IMG/VR virus record: IMGVR_UViG_3300043434_000216
Length of the DNA: 64,000 nt
Direction: 5' to 3' (one strand)
Source: an uncultured virus (IMG/VR IMGVR_UViG_3300043434_000216)
Lineage: Duplodnaviria; Heunggongvirae; Uroviricota; Caudoviricetes
This document shows positions 45,901 to 55,740 of the stretch, piece after piece; the stretch's first letter is position 1; each line of letters starts with the position of its first letter. The notes beneath the pieces were generated by a model, which saw nothing but the letters and a program-made list of their open reading frames with translations, was not told the DNA's origin and did no database searches. The translations under genes were made by a program, and so were the position numbers.

Positions 45901-47467
45901 AGAATGATGTTGCGGAGGTGTAGTTATTAAACTTAAATTGCCCGCTAGCGTATCCTCCGAAGATTTCATTTATCTGACCTCCTCCATTTGCTGTGTGTAA
46001 TGTAATCTTAGTTCTTGTATCTGAACCATCTATACCAAAGCGTATTTCAGCCTTGTTATTACCATTACCAGAAGCGTATTCAGTTCCAATGTACCTGTAT
46101 TGACCAGGTACGTTTTGCTGAGTATATAATTTAATGCTACCAGTAGATATTGTTACGTCTCCAGCAGTACTTAATGCGCCAGAAAAAATAGCAGGTCCTC
46201 CACCTGTAAAAGTAAACTTATTTGAGCTGCCAAAGTTCATCTCTAAAGCCCCAGCATCCATTACCATATAGTCAGATGTGCCACTCCAGAATAAACCAAA
46301 ATAGCCCCTTGCTGTACCTGCGCTATTAAAGAATCTTAAGTAGCTTGAACCTGTAGAAGTCCCCGCTTGCATTCTTAATGCTAGAGTATCAAAGTTGCCA
46401 ATAGTTACAGTATTTGTAAATCTTGCTGTCCCATTAACATCAAGCATATAACTCGTTGCCGCATAACTCGCATAACCTATGCTTAGGCTATTGCCAAAGT
46501 AAGATGTATCGTTTGTGTGGAGCAACACCTTAAGGGCGCCTGCTGCGTTGTAATAGTACGCTAAAGCAGTACCATCAACTCCGACATAAAATGGATAAGC
46601 AGATAGCGAGCCATCAGATTTCTCGACACGGAATTGCCCTCCTGTAGGATTAGAACGCATTGATACAATGTTGTTTCCGACAAGAGTTCCTCCGTTAATT
46701 GATAAGGTAGAAGCGTTGATTACTGAGCTAAATGTCTTTACGCCTGTAATCGTTTCTGCGCCTGCAATATGAACTACACCTGAATCGTTAGCAGGCGTAT
46801 ATCCTAATATTGCAGCAATAGTCTTATTCTTCCAAAGATTGGTTGCGGACTCGTATGTTAGTATCTCATTATTCGCCTTAGATGTAATCAAGACATCGTG
46901 AATCTCATCTAACTCAAATCCATTCTGGATAGATACAAAGATAACTCCAACAGTTGCGTGTTGACGAATACAACGACCAACAACCACTCCGTGAGCAGGT
47001 TGTGTAGGACGAGTTGTTGTCATCTCACCAGCAGTCTCAGAAAGCCAAATCATTGAACCTTCTGTTAATAGCGAGGTGTCAATATTCCTAACGTATCCAA
47101 ATGTTGTACAGAAAGCCTTGTCGCCACCTGTCGCGGATTCCGTCATTACGCCAAATGTCTTTGATGATGTACTTTCAGCCGTAGCTGCAGCGTATCTTAC
47201 AAGAACATTGGAGCCATCAGAGCCCGCCTGATAAACAACCTTACCATTAGTAAGCCCTGTGTTATCAGCGTGCTTTACTAGAACAGGAAGCTCTTGACCG
47301 ATTTGCTGAGTCACATTCCCTCCCTTCATCTGAAACTCTAAGGTTCCATCGGTATCATTCCAAACAATCTTTCCAGGAGCCCCCGCAGGCGCAGCTACGG
47401 TCGTGTCTACTTTAAAGTAATTGCTTGTAATCCCAGCTTTAGCCAGTATTTCTGTTAAGAATCTCAT
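42896..47467 (-). CDS. Tail fibre / receptor-binding protein with C-terminal S74 intramolecular chaperone
   Basis: 1523 aa, G/S/T-rich; SDRRAKENI..L..V..GFIAQE..VLPEVV..VNY..L.EA.KE. Confidence 0.9.
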   Translation of the reverse strand: MRFLTEILAKAGITSNYFKVDTTVAAPAGAPGKIVWNDTDGTLEFQMKGGNVTQQIGQELPVLVKHADNTGLTNGKVVYQAGSDGSNVLVRYAAATAESTSSKTFGVMTESATGGDKAFCTTFGYVRNIDTSLLTEGSMIWLSETAGEMTTTRPTQPAHGVVVGRCIRQHATVGVIFVSIQNGFELDEIHDVLITSKANNEILTYESATNLWKNKTIAAILGYTPANDSGVVHIAGAETITGVKTFSSVINASTLSINGGTLVGNNIVSMRSNPTGGQFRVEKSDGSLSAYPFYVGVDGTALAYYYNAAGALKVLLHTNDTSYFGNSLSIGYASYAATSYMLDVNGTARFTNTVTIGNFDTLALRMQAGTSTGSSYLRFFNSAGTARGYFGLFWSGTSDYMVMDAGALEMNFGSSNKFTFTGGGPAIFSGALSTAGDVTISTGSIKLYTQQNVPGQYRYIGTEYASGNGNNKAEIRFGIDGSDTRTKITLHTANGGGQINEIFGGYASGQFKFNNYTSATSFSGTAAGYLAFDSSGNVITVAGVAATDNTKLPLAGGTMTGIIGFTNTVGNKIDFYFSGEDRYGIQVQSSELRIHSGAQGAASGGITFGKSTSTTFTEYLRIRNDGDIQAVGSLFMGTSGTSYIRMGRFPNSVSNSGEAWIGRASDRNAGTMTVQLGGSSNASFFEVVDYGWTTVTLKVGMNDFSYKGNVVIHAGNISSQSVSYASTAGTASNISAYTINQNLGTGNDVTHAILRASSYIVTPLIYSGGGNVVLGNNLQVGSGLSTNSTYEANFFGRFTPDGKYLTRNWQLNDGGYTWSNLNYTQVSDSPIGSYTMRGNNNSSTNQRQSGWVAIDRTKTYKVSVWYRTISGSPLVYLSFTQAGWDLSQPDNGGWGQPYFAIVNTSSTAWQEFTMTIGPSGSGAGYTWYSYARYAQLGVLMNYNNSGNAEITGFKMEEVDSTLANNTTVLGDSLYVGTSTSSNIYMTDSDESTRRIHCNSGRIGFLNTSASWGAYCDNSGNWISDSSLRAPIFYDSNDTSYYLDPNSTGTSLNVAGTVRGSYFIASNYSSTGYTQYKGYDNNNHFIMVRGRVTGNTSSPTYTGYHRTSLVEYAEANDDTGWFFQTAATGNYDIVARITRSYSQFEGSVRAPIFYDSNDTGYYADFASTSRMNAIVYNDLKWAGDQSYGFLGRNVYADTINGRGSDPLEINYYDGGDVRIGQGVNGNKGLYAGALYDAGSRVAISRGEGRNYVDYSRYVYNNGAYSGSGWIEPSDLGVRYANSAGSLSGFDKTNPSFGAVYASNWFRAQGDCGLYSQDYGGHIRRALTGSYGNWETFGYNRNGWSGFLNLNNYNLNLMMNSSGDHGFYMENGSGWTFFFNRGNHCAGIGTDNTWSGDGLRVVKQISAEYGFTTWSDRRAKENISNITSALDKVLQMRGVYFNYIKDNAKVKRVGFIAQELQAVLPEVVNYAEEIDEYNVNYGQIVSVLTEATKEQNDMIISQATRIEQLELLVQQLINSNNGISN

Positions 47468-47475
47468 TCAGTATA

Positions 47476-48684
47476 TTATTTTTTAATAACTACTCTGTAA
47501 GCGTTAGAAGCTGGAGCTACTGCAAATGATACAGTAACTACAGAAGTTGAAGTAAGTACTACGTCAGCAAATACTTCTTCGTAGGTTGAATTATCATAAA
47601 TAGCAACTACAACATCTCTTGTGCCAAGTGCGTGTGTTAAGGCAAATGAAGTTGCTGTGCCGTCTCCTACGTTAGCAGCATAACCACCTGTGCGATTATC
47701 TAGTAACGTTTTTAATTTTAATGGAGTAACGATTGTTGCGTCGTCTGTACCTGTATTAACTTCAGTTTGTGTTGCAATTTCTGCAATACCTGAACGAGTT
47801 TCAGTAGCTGTGCGACCTGCTAAAGTAGCTGGTGTTACTGCATCTGTGGCGTTTGTTCCTGTGTTAACTTCAGTTTGTGTAGCTAACGTTACTAAACCTA
47901 AGATAGATTCAGTAGCTTGGTCACGGTTAACTTCTAACTGAATCCAATCTGAAGCTACAGTTACAGACGCATTATCTACTCTTGCAATAATGACATCCCC
48001 AATGTTAAACGCTACTCCACCTACCGTTCCGCCAAAACTAACATACCAATAATCTCCCTTTTTTGTTCCTGCTACAGGAGAAGAGCCAGTAGGAAAAACA
48101 CCTATTGAAGCATCCCATCCTCCTTCTAAGTTCCCTAAACCACCTGTTGCAGCGTCAACATAAGCCTTGACAGCAGCCGCAGAAGGGATATTTGAGTTAG
48201 CAGCACCTGTTAGGTTAGTGTCTGTAATAATATCAACCTCAGCAACGTTACCTGTTGAACCAGATACGTTACCTAAGACTTTACCGCTTGCAATTGTTTG
48301 AATCTTAGCAAACGTTACTTGATTCCCACCTATCTTAACAGTAGTAACCGCACCATTATCTAGCTTTGCAGTTGTGATACCAAGGTCTTTAACTTGAATG
48401 GCATCAGCTGAAATCTCAATCGTAGCGTTGTCCACATTGATGTCTAAGGTAACAGAGCCTGTAGTTCCGCCTCCGCCTAGACCAGCTCCCGCTACAACAG
48501 CAGAAATGTCACCAGAAGCGTCAACCCACGCAGTTCCATTATAGAAATATAAGTGCGCATCAGTTGTATTGAAATACACTTGTCCTGCTACAGGAGAAGA
48601 TGGAGCTGATGATAGATTCTGAATCGCGACGTTTAATATCTGATTCTTTGTTAAATCTAAACTGGTTAAAAACTTCTTTGCCAT
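47476..48684 (-). CDS. Virion structural protein (fibre/collar-like)
   Basis: APSSPVAGQVYFNTT, ATQTEVNTGT repeats, C-terminal H.LGTRDV.V domain. Confidence 0.7.
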   Translation of the reverse strand: MAKKFLTSLDLTKNQILNVAIQNLSSAPSSPVAGQVYFNTTDAHLYFYNGTAWVDASGDISAVVAGAGLGGGGTTGSVTLDINVDNATIEISADAIQVKDLGITTAKLDNGAVTTVKIGGNQVTFAKIQTIASGKVLGNVSGSTGNVAEVDIITDTNLTGAANSNIPSAAAVKAYVDAATGGLGNLEGGWDASIGVFPTGSSPVAGTKKGDYWYVSFGGTVGGVAFNIGDVIIARVDNASVTVASDWIQLEVNRDQATESILGLVTLATQTEVNTGTNATDAVTPATLAGRTATETRSGIAEIATQTEVNTGTDDATIVTPLKLKTLLDNRTGGYAANVGDGTATSFALTHALGTRDVVVAIYDNSTYEEVFADVVLTSTSVVTVSFAVAPASNAYRVVIKK

Positions 48685-48692
48685 TGCTTATG

Positions 48693-49928
48693 TTAATTTA
48701 AAAATGCCTTGCCGCTAAATGCTGCGGAGAATGTTATTACTACTTGACTTGTACTTGTATAGTTAACCTCCCCTATAACTTCATCATTTGCAGAATCAAC
48801 TATGCTAACGGAAGGATATTTACCTAAATCGTGATTAATTGTCCAGACAGCTGCTGGAGTGGATTGTGTAAACACATACCCTAATTTTGCTGTAAAAGTA
48901 AGTTTATTATTGCTTACTGCAATGGCTAAACCTGAGTTTGCTGATTCAACAAGCAATGTTTCACCAGTAAGTATCCCATCGCTATTTACTCCATCAGATA
49001 CAACAAATGCAGTATTGTTTGCAACAGATAACGCAAACGGTAACATTTGTGTAGCCTTATATGTATAAGGATTTGTAGGAGGCAATAACCCTAGTAATTG
49101 GTCTAGGATAGGCTTACATCCATCAAGAGTATTTGTATCATAGCGAGCTATCAAATGAGAGTATAAACCCAATACTAAATCATACTCCTCATTACGTCTT
49201 TCGTACTCGTCAGGATTAGTCGTTTTGTACGCCTCAATTTGGTCCTTGTAAGTATTCATTAAGGCAACCAACTCTTCTTGAGTAGGTGCTTCTCTAATGT
49301 CATATGTCTCTTCTAATAAGTCAACATAACTTACCGTTAACCAAGACTTAGAAGAGTGCGTATAAGCCACGGAAATATCTGATTTGACTAGATATATACC
49401 CTCGTAGTATTTCGAGCTGTGAGAGGGCGTTAAAACGTCTCCTACGCTTTGCTTCTTTAACGCTCCAACCTCGCTTCCAGCGGGAGTGTAAGTATAGAAG
49501 TCTCTAGTTAATACACCTGTAAAGCTTCCAGATGTTTCGTAAGGCGTTGAATCGCGAAATTTGATATCTGGTAAAACTACATCAGACTCGTTTAAGATAC
49601 TCTTTGTGGGCTTGGTCCAATTGAAGTCGAAGGTACGCTCTAGCGTGTATTCTGTGGCAGCAGCGTCTAATGCAACAAAGTTTACCACATAATTGCCCGT
49701 CATTATACCATCGTTGATGATGGTAAGTAATGCAATATCAACTGAGCCTCCTGGCGCTGATATGTCGGGGGAGACAAAGTCTGTGTGTATTATCTGCGAC
49801 CCATCAGGATAAGTTACCGAGAAATTACCCTTTGCCAAAGTAAATCCTGTAGAAGTATCCGTCAGGCGCAACACCCTTGTAGATGTCTTCTCGTTTACAA
49901 TAAATTGGGCATTAAAATTTGCAGGCAT
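48693..49928 (-). CDS. Virion structural protein
   Basis: C-terminal WTINHDLGKYPSVSIVDS..FSAAFSGKAFLN module; -7 box TATATTTG at 49950-49957. Confidence 0.65.
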   Translation of the reverse strand: MPANFNAQFIVNEKTSTRVLRLTDTSTGFTLAKGNFSVTYPDGSQIIHTDFVSPDISAPGGSVDIALLTIINDGIMTGNYVVNFVALDAAATEYTLERTFDFNWTKPTKSILNESDVVLPDIKFRDSTPYETSGSFTGVLTRDFYTYTPAGSEVGALKKQSVGDVLTPSHSSKYYEGIYLVKSDISVAYTHSSKSWLTVSYVDLLEETYDIREAPTQEELVALMNTYKDQIEAYKTTNPDEYERRNEEYDLVLGLYSHLIARYDTNTLDGCKPILDQLLGLLPPTNPYTYKATQMLPFALSVANNTAFVVSDGVNSDGILTGETLLVESANSGLAIAVSNNKLTFTAKLGYVFTQSTPAAVWTINHDLGKYPSVSIVDSANDEVIGEVNYTSTSQVVITFSAAFSGKAFLN

Positions 49929-49976
49929 ACCAGCTTAGGATAATTTGTTCAAATATACGATATTTTATATTGCTTT

Positions 49977-50011
49977 AAAAAAAGAAAAGCGTTACAATAT
50001 GTAACGCCTTC
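49977..50011 (-). terminator. Intrinsic terminator
   Basis: GCGTTACA-ATA-TGTAACGC preceded by an A run on +. Confidence 0.75.
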
Positions 50012-50050
50012 TTATTAACCCAACCAAACAAATCAATCCTGTAGTCGGAT

Positions 50051-50875
50051 TTAGCCTAGGCGGCTCTTGATGGCTTCTAGCTCATCTGGATTTGTTTCTA
50101 ATAAATGGTCGGCTAATTCCTTGAAGTAGTTCTTGTCCTTACCTTTTGTGTAAGTAAAGATTACTTTCCCTGTTTCAACCCATTTAAAGCACGATGCGTT
50201 CACATCATTCTTGATAATGTTCTTCTTTACAGCATCTTTTAATGCACTCTCGTTAGCTAAAGATGCGCGCTCAACTACCTCTAAGAACTCTTCAGGATAG
50301 TCTCCTGCGTAGTCTTCAAGTTCATTGCGTAGCTCGTCATTAGATTCTGCGTCAATTCCGAGTGCTAACGCAACCTCTTTTGCTTTCTTGTCATCTAAAT
50401 CTAATGCTAAGTTAACTGCTTTTACGATTAACTTACGCAAGTTTCTTTCAGTCTTAGCTTCTTTCTGTGCGTCAATACGAGAGAATAATACCTCGATTTC
50501 TGGGTCATCCTTGATTCTGTCTGGATTCGACTCGTTATAGTTACATAACTCTAAGAACTGATAAATCTTCTGGTGAACGGGGTTGTTTCCGTTAAGGAAC
50601 AAGTATCCCATATTAGCAGCTGTAAATACAATGCTAATAAACGATGGGTTACCATCAATGTCTGTTCTTTCGATTGCAGCAATAGTAACGAATTCGTTTG
50701 TGCCTTTATCTAAGATAGTGTCAATTGGTCTAATCTGTAATGCAGATGGCATTAAGAACTTTCCTGGATTATCAGGGTCAGGACGCACGTTAAGTACGCG
50801 GTAAATAGCTCTTTCATTTGGAGCTAGTTTACGAATCATCTTGTCTGATAGATTATTAAAATCTGATGCTTTCAT
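50051..50875 (-). CDS. Conserved protein downstream of the major capsid gene (auxiliary capsid candidate)
   Basis: Synteny; -7 box TACATTTG at 50896-50903. Confidence 0.6.
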   Translation of the reverse strand: MKASDFNNLSDKMIRKLAPNERAIYRVLNVRPDPDNPGKFLMPSALQIRPIDTILDKGTNEFVTIAAIERTDIDGNPSFISIVFTAANMGYLFLNGNNPVHQKIYQFLELCNYNESNPDRIKDDPEIEVLFSRIDAQKEAKTERNLRKLIVKAVNLALDLDDKKAKEVALALGIDAESNDELRNELEDYAGDYPEEFLEVVERASLANESALKDAVKKNIIKNDVNASCFKWVETGKVIFTYTKGKDKNYFKELADHLLETNPDELEAIKSRLG

Positions 50876-50920
50876 TTTTATTTTGTTTGGTTACGCAAAT
50901 GTATCAATTATTCTTATAAC

Positions 50921-50951
50921 AAAAAAGAGGAGGATTGCTCCCCCTCTCTTT
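50921..50951 (-). terminator. Intrinsic terminator after the major capsid gene
   Basis: AGAGGAGGA-TTGC-TCCCCCTCT with an A run on +. Confidence 0.7.
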
Positions 50952-50967
50952 GTCAATCAATCAAACA

Positions 50968-52299
50968 CTATACTGAATATTTCAAGAAGTGCTCATTTCC
51001 AACTGTCTCAAGTCCTTCGATTGAGCTATACACGATATCAAGTGTATCTGTGTCAGAAGTTGGAGTTGGCGCTAAGCCACCTAACATTTTCTCGCGGAAA
51101 CGAGAGTTAACGCCATCTGGCATTTCTAAGTAGCGCATCATCATACGGTCTACTTGTCCACCACCTTGCTCAACCTTAATCTTTCCAGCAGGAACTAAGT
51201 AAGCCTCCTTAGAGAATACTGTAGCACCACCAACTGAAGTTACTTGTGGGTGAGACAATGCATTTAAACGCTTCTTGTGGAATGTACGTCCGAATGCAGA
51301 GATAGAGTTAACGCCTAATGCGATAGCTACATCTTTCTTGTTACCAAATGAAGCGTAGTTGATAGCTCCGTTAACGAATTGAGTAGCAGCTGTGATAGTT
51401 GTATCAAAAGCGTTATCGAAATCAGCACCAGCCCATAACAAGTACTCTGAAGGGCAACGGTTAGCATCCATCAAACGAGATAATGCAGATAAGTCAGCTA
51501 AAGTAACTGTGTTTCCAGTTGCTGTAGAAGATGAAATACCACCAGCGTTAACAATAGTATCGCGTAAACCACGAGTTGTATTGATAGCGTTTCCGTCAGC
51601 ATCAGTTAAACCTGCAGACTCACGACCGAATAAGATAGCATAAAGGATATCCATACGGTGCTTCAAATATGCATCGTGCTGTTGCTTTAAGAAGTAGTAA
51701 GGCTTGCCTTTGAATTCAACCTCAATCTTCGAACCATAAGCGATATCTGTAACAGAAGTCTTAGTTTTGAAGATTTGCAACTTGTTTGAACGCTTGATTA
51801 AGTCAGACTTACGCATTTGGTTAGAACCAGTTCCTTCCGCGTATGCGTTAGACATAAACGATAACTTAGCACCAGTTGTAGTTGCAGGAATCGCGTCTCC
51901 AGAGTTAACTGGCTTAACAGTGATAACGAAGTCAGTAGCAGAAGAAATTGCTGATACATAACCTACTACGCCTGTAGCGAACAAAATCAACTCACCTACT
52001 ACTGGCTTAACAGAAGTTGCGCCAACGCAAGTGATGTCAACTGAAGCACCAGCAGCACCCGCAGATGTACCTGGAGTCTTAACTGTAGCAGTTGCATACA
52101 AGAAGTTGTTTTGTACTGTGAAGTATTCAGTCTGTGCAGTAGCCTTAGCCTTACCTGTCCAGTCTAATACGTCCAACATAGACGCTTCCTCATCATAGAT
52201 GTCTAATACGTCCTTTAAAATTTCACGTTGCTCTAACGTGTTTGTGAATGATACAGTCGACAAGAATGTTCTGTCGATGTTACCTGCTCCAATAGCCAT
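50968..52299 (-). CDS. Major capsid protein
   Basis: 443 aa after portal and scaffold; SNAYAEG, N..QIFK, ILFG, T.GL; followed by a terminator. Confidence 0.85.
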   Translation of the reverse strand: MAIGAGNIDRTFLSTVSFTNTLEQREILKDVLDIYDEEASMLDVLDWTGKAKATAQTEYFTVQNNFLYATATVKTPGTSAGAAGASVDITCVGATSVKPVVGELILFATGVVGYVSAISSATDFVITVKPVNSGDAIPATTTGAKLSFMSNAYAEGTGSNQMRKSDLIKRSNKLQIFKTKTSVTDIAYGSKIEVEFKGKPYYFLKQQHDAYLKHRMDILYAILFGRESAGLTDADGNAINTTRGLRDTIVNAGGISSSTATGNTVTLADLSALSRLMDANRCPSEYLLWAGADFDNAFDTTITAATQFVNGAINYASFGNKKDVAIALGVNSISAFGRTFHKKRLNALSHPQVTSVGGATVFSKEAYLVPAGKIKVEQGGGQVDRMMMRYLEMPDGVNSRFREKMLGGLAPTPTSDTDTLDIVYSSIEGLETVGNEHFLKYSV

Positions 52300-52325
52300 T
52301 TTTTAAATAATTTAATTGTTAAACA

Positions 52326-53402
52326 CTATTTTTTTGTAATAGTCATTCCCTGCAAGAAAGCAATTGGGTCATCTGATGGTCTCTCAATACTGTTAGACTC
52401 AATAACCGTCTTGTTTATCGTTGGTGGAACAACATTCTTTAGTTCAGACTCCATCGCCTTGCGTCCTAAAGACTTTCCGTGTTTAATTAATTCGCTTATA
52501 AATTGAGTTGGATTCTGCGCGAATGCAACTGTTTTTGTCCACTTATCCCAATCAACACTTCCGTCTTTTGCAAAGATGGAAAGGAACTTGTTCGAGTCCA
52601 TAGCGTAGTCAACCACAACATTTGGGTCCTGAATCTGGTAATTAATACCTTCTCCGTTTGCCCCTACTTTAATAACGTTGTCCTTGATAACGGCTGCAAC
52701 TCCTTCACTAATAATTTTTCTGCTCTGTTCTTGTTGAGCAGCAAGTTCTTCCTGCGAAGGACCTGTTTGAGCTTGTGGTGATTGGACGTTGTTCAAGAAT
52801 TGCTGTTGCTCTTCTATGAAAGTCTTTCTTAACCTTTGTGCATCTCGCTTTAATAAGGCTTGACCGACTTCTTGGTCTTCTTCATCATACGCATCTAACC
52901 CATATTTCTCTAGCTCCTTGTCAAATAACTTCTGCTTTGCTTTTGGACTAAGGTCTGCGTTTTCCGCATCAAATTTAACCTTAAGTACCTCAACGTCAGA
53001 CATCTCGTTATAGTCGACTTCGGTCGCTCTTAAGAAAGGCTGTAGTGTACCATACGTCTCGTAGTACTGTACAGCTTTCTCAATGAACGGGTCTTTAAAC
53101 TTATACTGAGCAGGAGCTTCGTCAGCCGTTACGTCTGCTGTGTCATTCGTCTGAATCGTCTCATCCTCCTGAATCACAGTTTCTGCCGCATATCCAGCCT
53201 CAGAATCTGCCTCCTCTGTATTTTCTACTGAAGTCTCAACGTTCTGAGACTCATTATCTTCACTAGAATTATCAGCTCCTTGGTCTTCAACGCTATCATC
53301 TGCGCTAGAAGTTTCCTCGGAAGTCTCTGATGTTTCCTCTGGTGTTTCAACAATTGGTTCGTCTTTAGACAATAACTCGTCTAGGTTAATTGGCTCTGCC
53401 AT
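52326..53402 (-). CDS. Capsid scaffolding protein
   Basis: Acidic disordered N-terminus and helical body, between portal and MCP; -7 box TACATTTG at 53425-53432. Confidence 0.7.
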   Translation of the reverse strand: MAEPINLDELLSKDEPIVETPEETSETSEETSSADDSVEDQGADNSSEDNESQNVETSVENTEEADSEAGYAAETVIQEDETIQTNDTADVTADEAPAQYKFKDPFIEKAVQYYETYGTLQPFLRATEVDYNEMSDVEVLKVKFDAENADLSPKAKQKLFDKELEKYGLDAYDEEDQEVGQALLKRDAQRLRKTFIEEQQQFLNNVQSPQAQTGPSQEELAAQQEQSRKIISEGVAAVIKDNVIKVGANGEGINYQIQDPNVVVDYAMDSNKFLSIFAKDGSVDWDKWTKTVAFAQNPTQFISELIKHGKSLGRKAMESELKNVVPPTINKTVIESNSIERPSDDPIAFLQGMTITKK

Positions 53403-53436
53403 ATTATATTATTGTTTGGTTATGCAAATGTATAAA

Positions 53437-55737
53437 CTATTGCTGCTTATTTGCAACTACTTTTTCGCTCTTCTTAATCTGGGCAATATATTCTCGGCTA
53501 TCTGCCTCAATCTTAGCCGTATTAATCTTGCCCTCAAGTTTACCTTGCTCAATTATAGCCTCGTTCTGTAACTTCATAGCTAATAATTGTGCATCTCTCT
53601 CAGCTTGTCTATCAATTACCTGCAACTTAGCCGCTGTTTCAATCTGAATAGTCTGTTGCTTAGCTGCTTCAGCTGCCTGAGCTGATTGCTGCTGAATCTG
53701 ACCATTCATCTGTTGCATTTCTAATGCCTTCTTCTGCTTCTCGTCCTCGTTCTGCTTAATCTTATACGCAAGCATTACCTCAGCGTACTTCATATTCTCA
53801 AGATTCTCTAACATAATTGCGTCAGCTAAGGTAATCTGCCCTGATTGAATTGCAAGATTAACTCTTTGCGCAAATTTCTCCTTCTCAAACTCTGTTGGCT
53901 TCTGGGTGATTACTAAACCACATTCGTGAGCACTTGTGTTAGGGTCTAACTTAAAGAATTGTACAGATGAGCTACCTAGCGCGCGGATATATCCTTCGAT
54001 AGTGCCATTCTCAGCAGAATCTTGGATACGAAGCGTTAAGCTGTAGCATAATTTCTCTAGTAACTCTCTCTCAGCACGTTTAATGAAGTCTAGGGAGTTG
54101 TTAGTTGACTCAGATGCATACTTCGCCACACCATTTAATGTACGTGGGTCAGGTGTTGAACCATCCGTAATTTCATTAAATCCTAAAATGTCGCGAAGTA
54201 ATTGGATATTGTTAGTAATAATGTTGAAGTATTGAACTGCCTCATTACCAATACCGTTATCAAGCTCCTCGATAGGCTTATAATTACTAGCATTACCCTC
54301 CTCAGACAATCTACGGTAAACCAAGTTACCTGTCTGGTTGTATAAGTCAATGATTTCCATTGGCTTAAGAGCCTTGCCTGCCTTACCGATAGGCACCCCC
54401 TCAAGTGCGCCAATCTCAATCATAATACCGCGAGGACGCGCGCGTAGCATCACGTTCTGTAGTTTATACCACGCTAACTGAATCTGGTCAGCAATTGCCT
54501 TCATTTGGCTACCTAAAGAATAAGTAACCATCTGATAGATGTTGGGTGCCACAACGTGGTAAGATAAAGTCGTATTAGTCAAGTCTGACTTCGCGCGTTT
54601 CATATTCGTAGCCAACTCGCAATTAAAGAACACGTCGCTGTCCACAATCCACATTCCTTGATAAACAACCTTGTAGTCTGTCTTAGAGTATTTTTTATCT
54701 TTACGATTCCCTTTAATCTTAGCCGCGCGACCTACAACTACGTTACCTTTTGAGTTAACTCTTTCTTCTAAGATTAACTTGTTGACAGAGTAGAACTCTA
54801 AGTCAAGTACCGAGATACGGAATCCGTCGTAATTACGTGTTTGATTAAATCCAGTGTTCTTGACTAAAGTAGGATTACCGAGCTTATTCGTGTACTTTTC
54901 GGCAATCATCTGATACTGCTCTTCAGAAATCTGGTCGCCAGCTATTTCTTTTAAGTCAGAGATTGTCATCTCTATTACCTCGCCCATATACTGAACATCC
55001 TTGAATGATGGATTAGTCGTATAAGACATAACCATATTAGAAGGATTGATGCGACGAAGTTTAATATTTCCTGCGGCGTCAAAGTATTCTTTGTAACCCG
55101 CAATGCCAAAGTCGTGAAGGTCTTCAATAACTAACGCGCGCTCTTGCGGAAAGCTATTCATATTTAACACTAAGTCAATAGCTTGCTCCATCTCAATAGC
55201 CATTCTATGCTTATATGAGTAGTTCATATACATATCAAGCTCCTTAAGGTTAGCCGCGTCAATATCAGCGTTAGGAATTAACTCAGGGTCAACACCTTGT
55301 TTCTCAAATTCTTCTTTAAGGATTAACTTAGCCGCGTTATCTGCGTAGAACTTATTCTTGTCGTCTTGTGCAATAGGGTCAATAGCATCTACAGAAATAT
55401 TGAAGTCAGACTTCATTAATGTAGCAAGCGCGATACGACGGAACTTAGGGATAATAGGTAAGATGTCCCAGCTTATATTGGACGTTGACTGGTCTTCATT
55501 AGCAGTGGACGATGGGTTAACCAACTTCTTATATCTGCTAATAGACTGTTTACCAAGCATATAAAGCTTGATTTCGTGATAGTTTTCGCGACCATTGTAT
55601 AATTGATTAGGATAATAGGTTCCAAAATCTCTCCAAGCTGCCTTAATGTACTGGGCAATCCACTTCTTATCTTTTTTGTCGTTGTCAACTAAATGACTTG
55701 GAAAGTCTGCGTTCTTTGGTACGTCTTGTTCCATCAT
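53437..55737 (-). CDS. Portal protein
   Basis: 766 aa directly after TerL; W.ILPIIPKF, V.AIDP, G.NEI.DGS.PD; Q-rich coiled-coil C-terminus. Confidence 0.85.
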   Translation of the reverse strand: MMEQDVPKNADFPSHLVDNDKKDKKWIAQYIKAAWRDFGTYYPNQLYNGRENYHEIKLYMLGKQSISRYKKLVNPSSTANEDQSTSNISWDILPIIPKFRRIALATLMKSDFNISVDAIDPIAQDDKNKFYADNAAKLILKEEFEKQGVDPELIPNADIDAANLKELDMYMNYSYKHRMAIEMEQAIDLVLNMNSFPQERALVIEDLHDFGIAGYKEYFDAAGNIKLRRINPSNMVMSYTTNPSFKDVQYMGEVIEMTISDLKEIAGDQISEEQYQMIAEKYTNKLGNPTLVKNTGFNQTRNYDGFRISVLDLEFYSVNKLILEERVNSKGNVVVGRAAKIKGNRKDKKYSKTDYKVVYQGMWIVDSDVFFNCELATNMKRAKSDLTNTTLSYHVVAPNIYQMVTYSLGSQMKAIADQIQLAWYKLQNVMLRARPRGIMIEIGALEGVPIGKAGKALKPMEIIDLYNQTGNLVYRRLSEEGNASNYKPIEELDNGIGNEAVQYFNIITNNIQLLRDILGFNEITDGSTPDPRTLNGVAKYASESTNNSLDFIKRAERELLEKLCYSLTLRIQDSAENGTIEGYIRALGSSSVQFFKLDPNTSAHECGLVITQKPTEFEKEKFAQRVNLAIQSGQITLADAIMLENLENMKYAEVMLAYKIKQNEDEKQKKALEMQQMNGQIQQQSAQAAEAAKQQTIQIETAAKLQVIDRQAERDAQLLAMKLQNEAIIEQGKLEGKINTAKIEADSREYIAQIKKSEKVVANKQQ

Positions 55738-55740
55738 AGC

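Noticed and set aside
42896..47467. Diversity-generating retroelement target in the tail fibre
   Set aside because: No reverse transcriptase and no TR/VR pair with adenine-specific mismatches seen in the window
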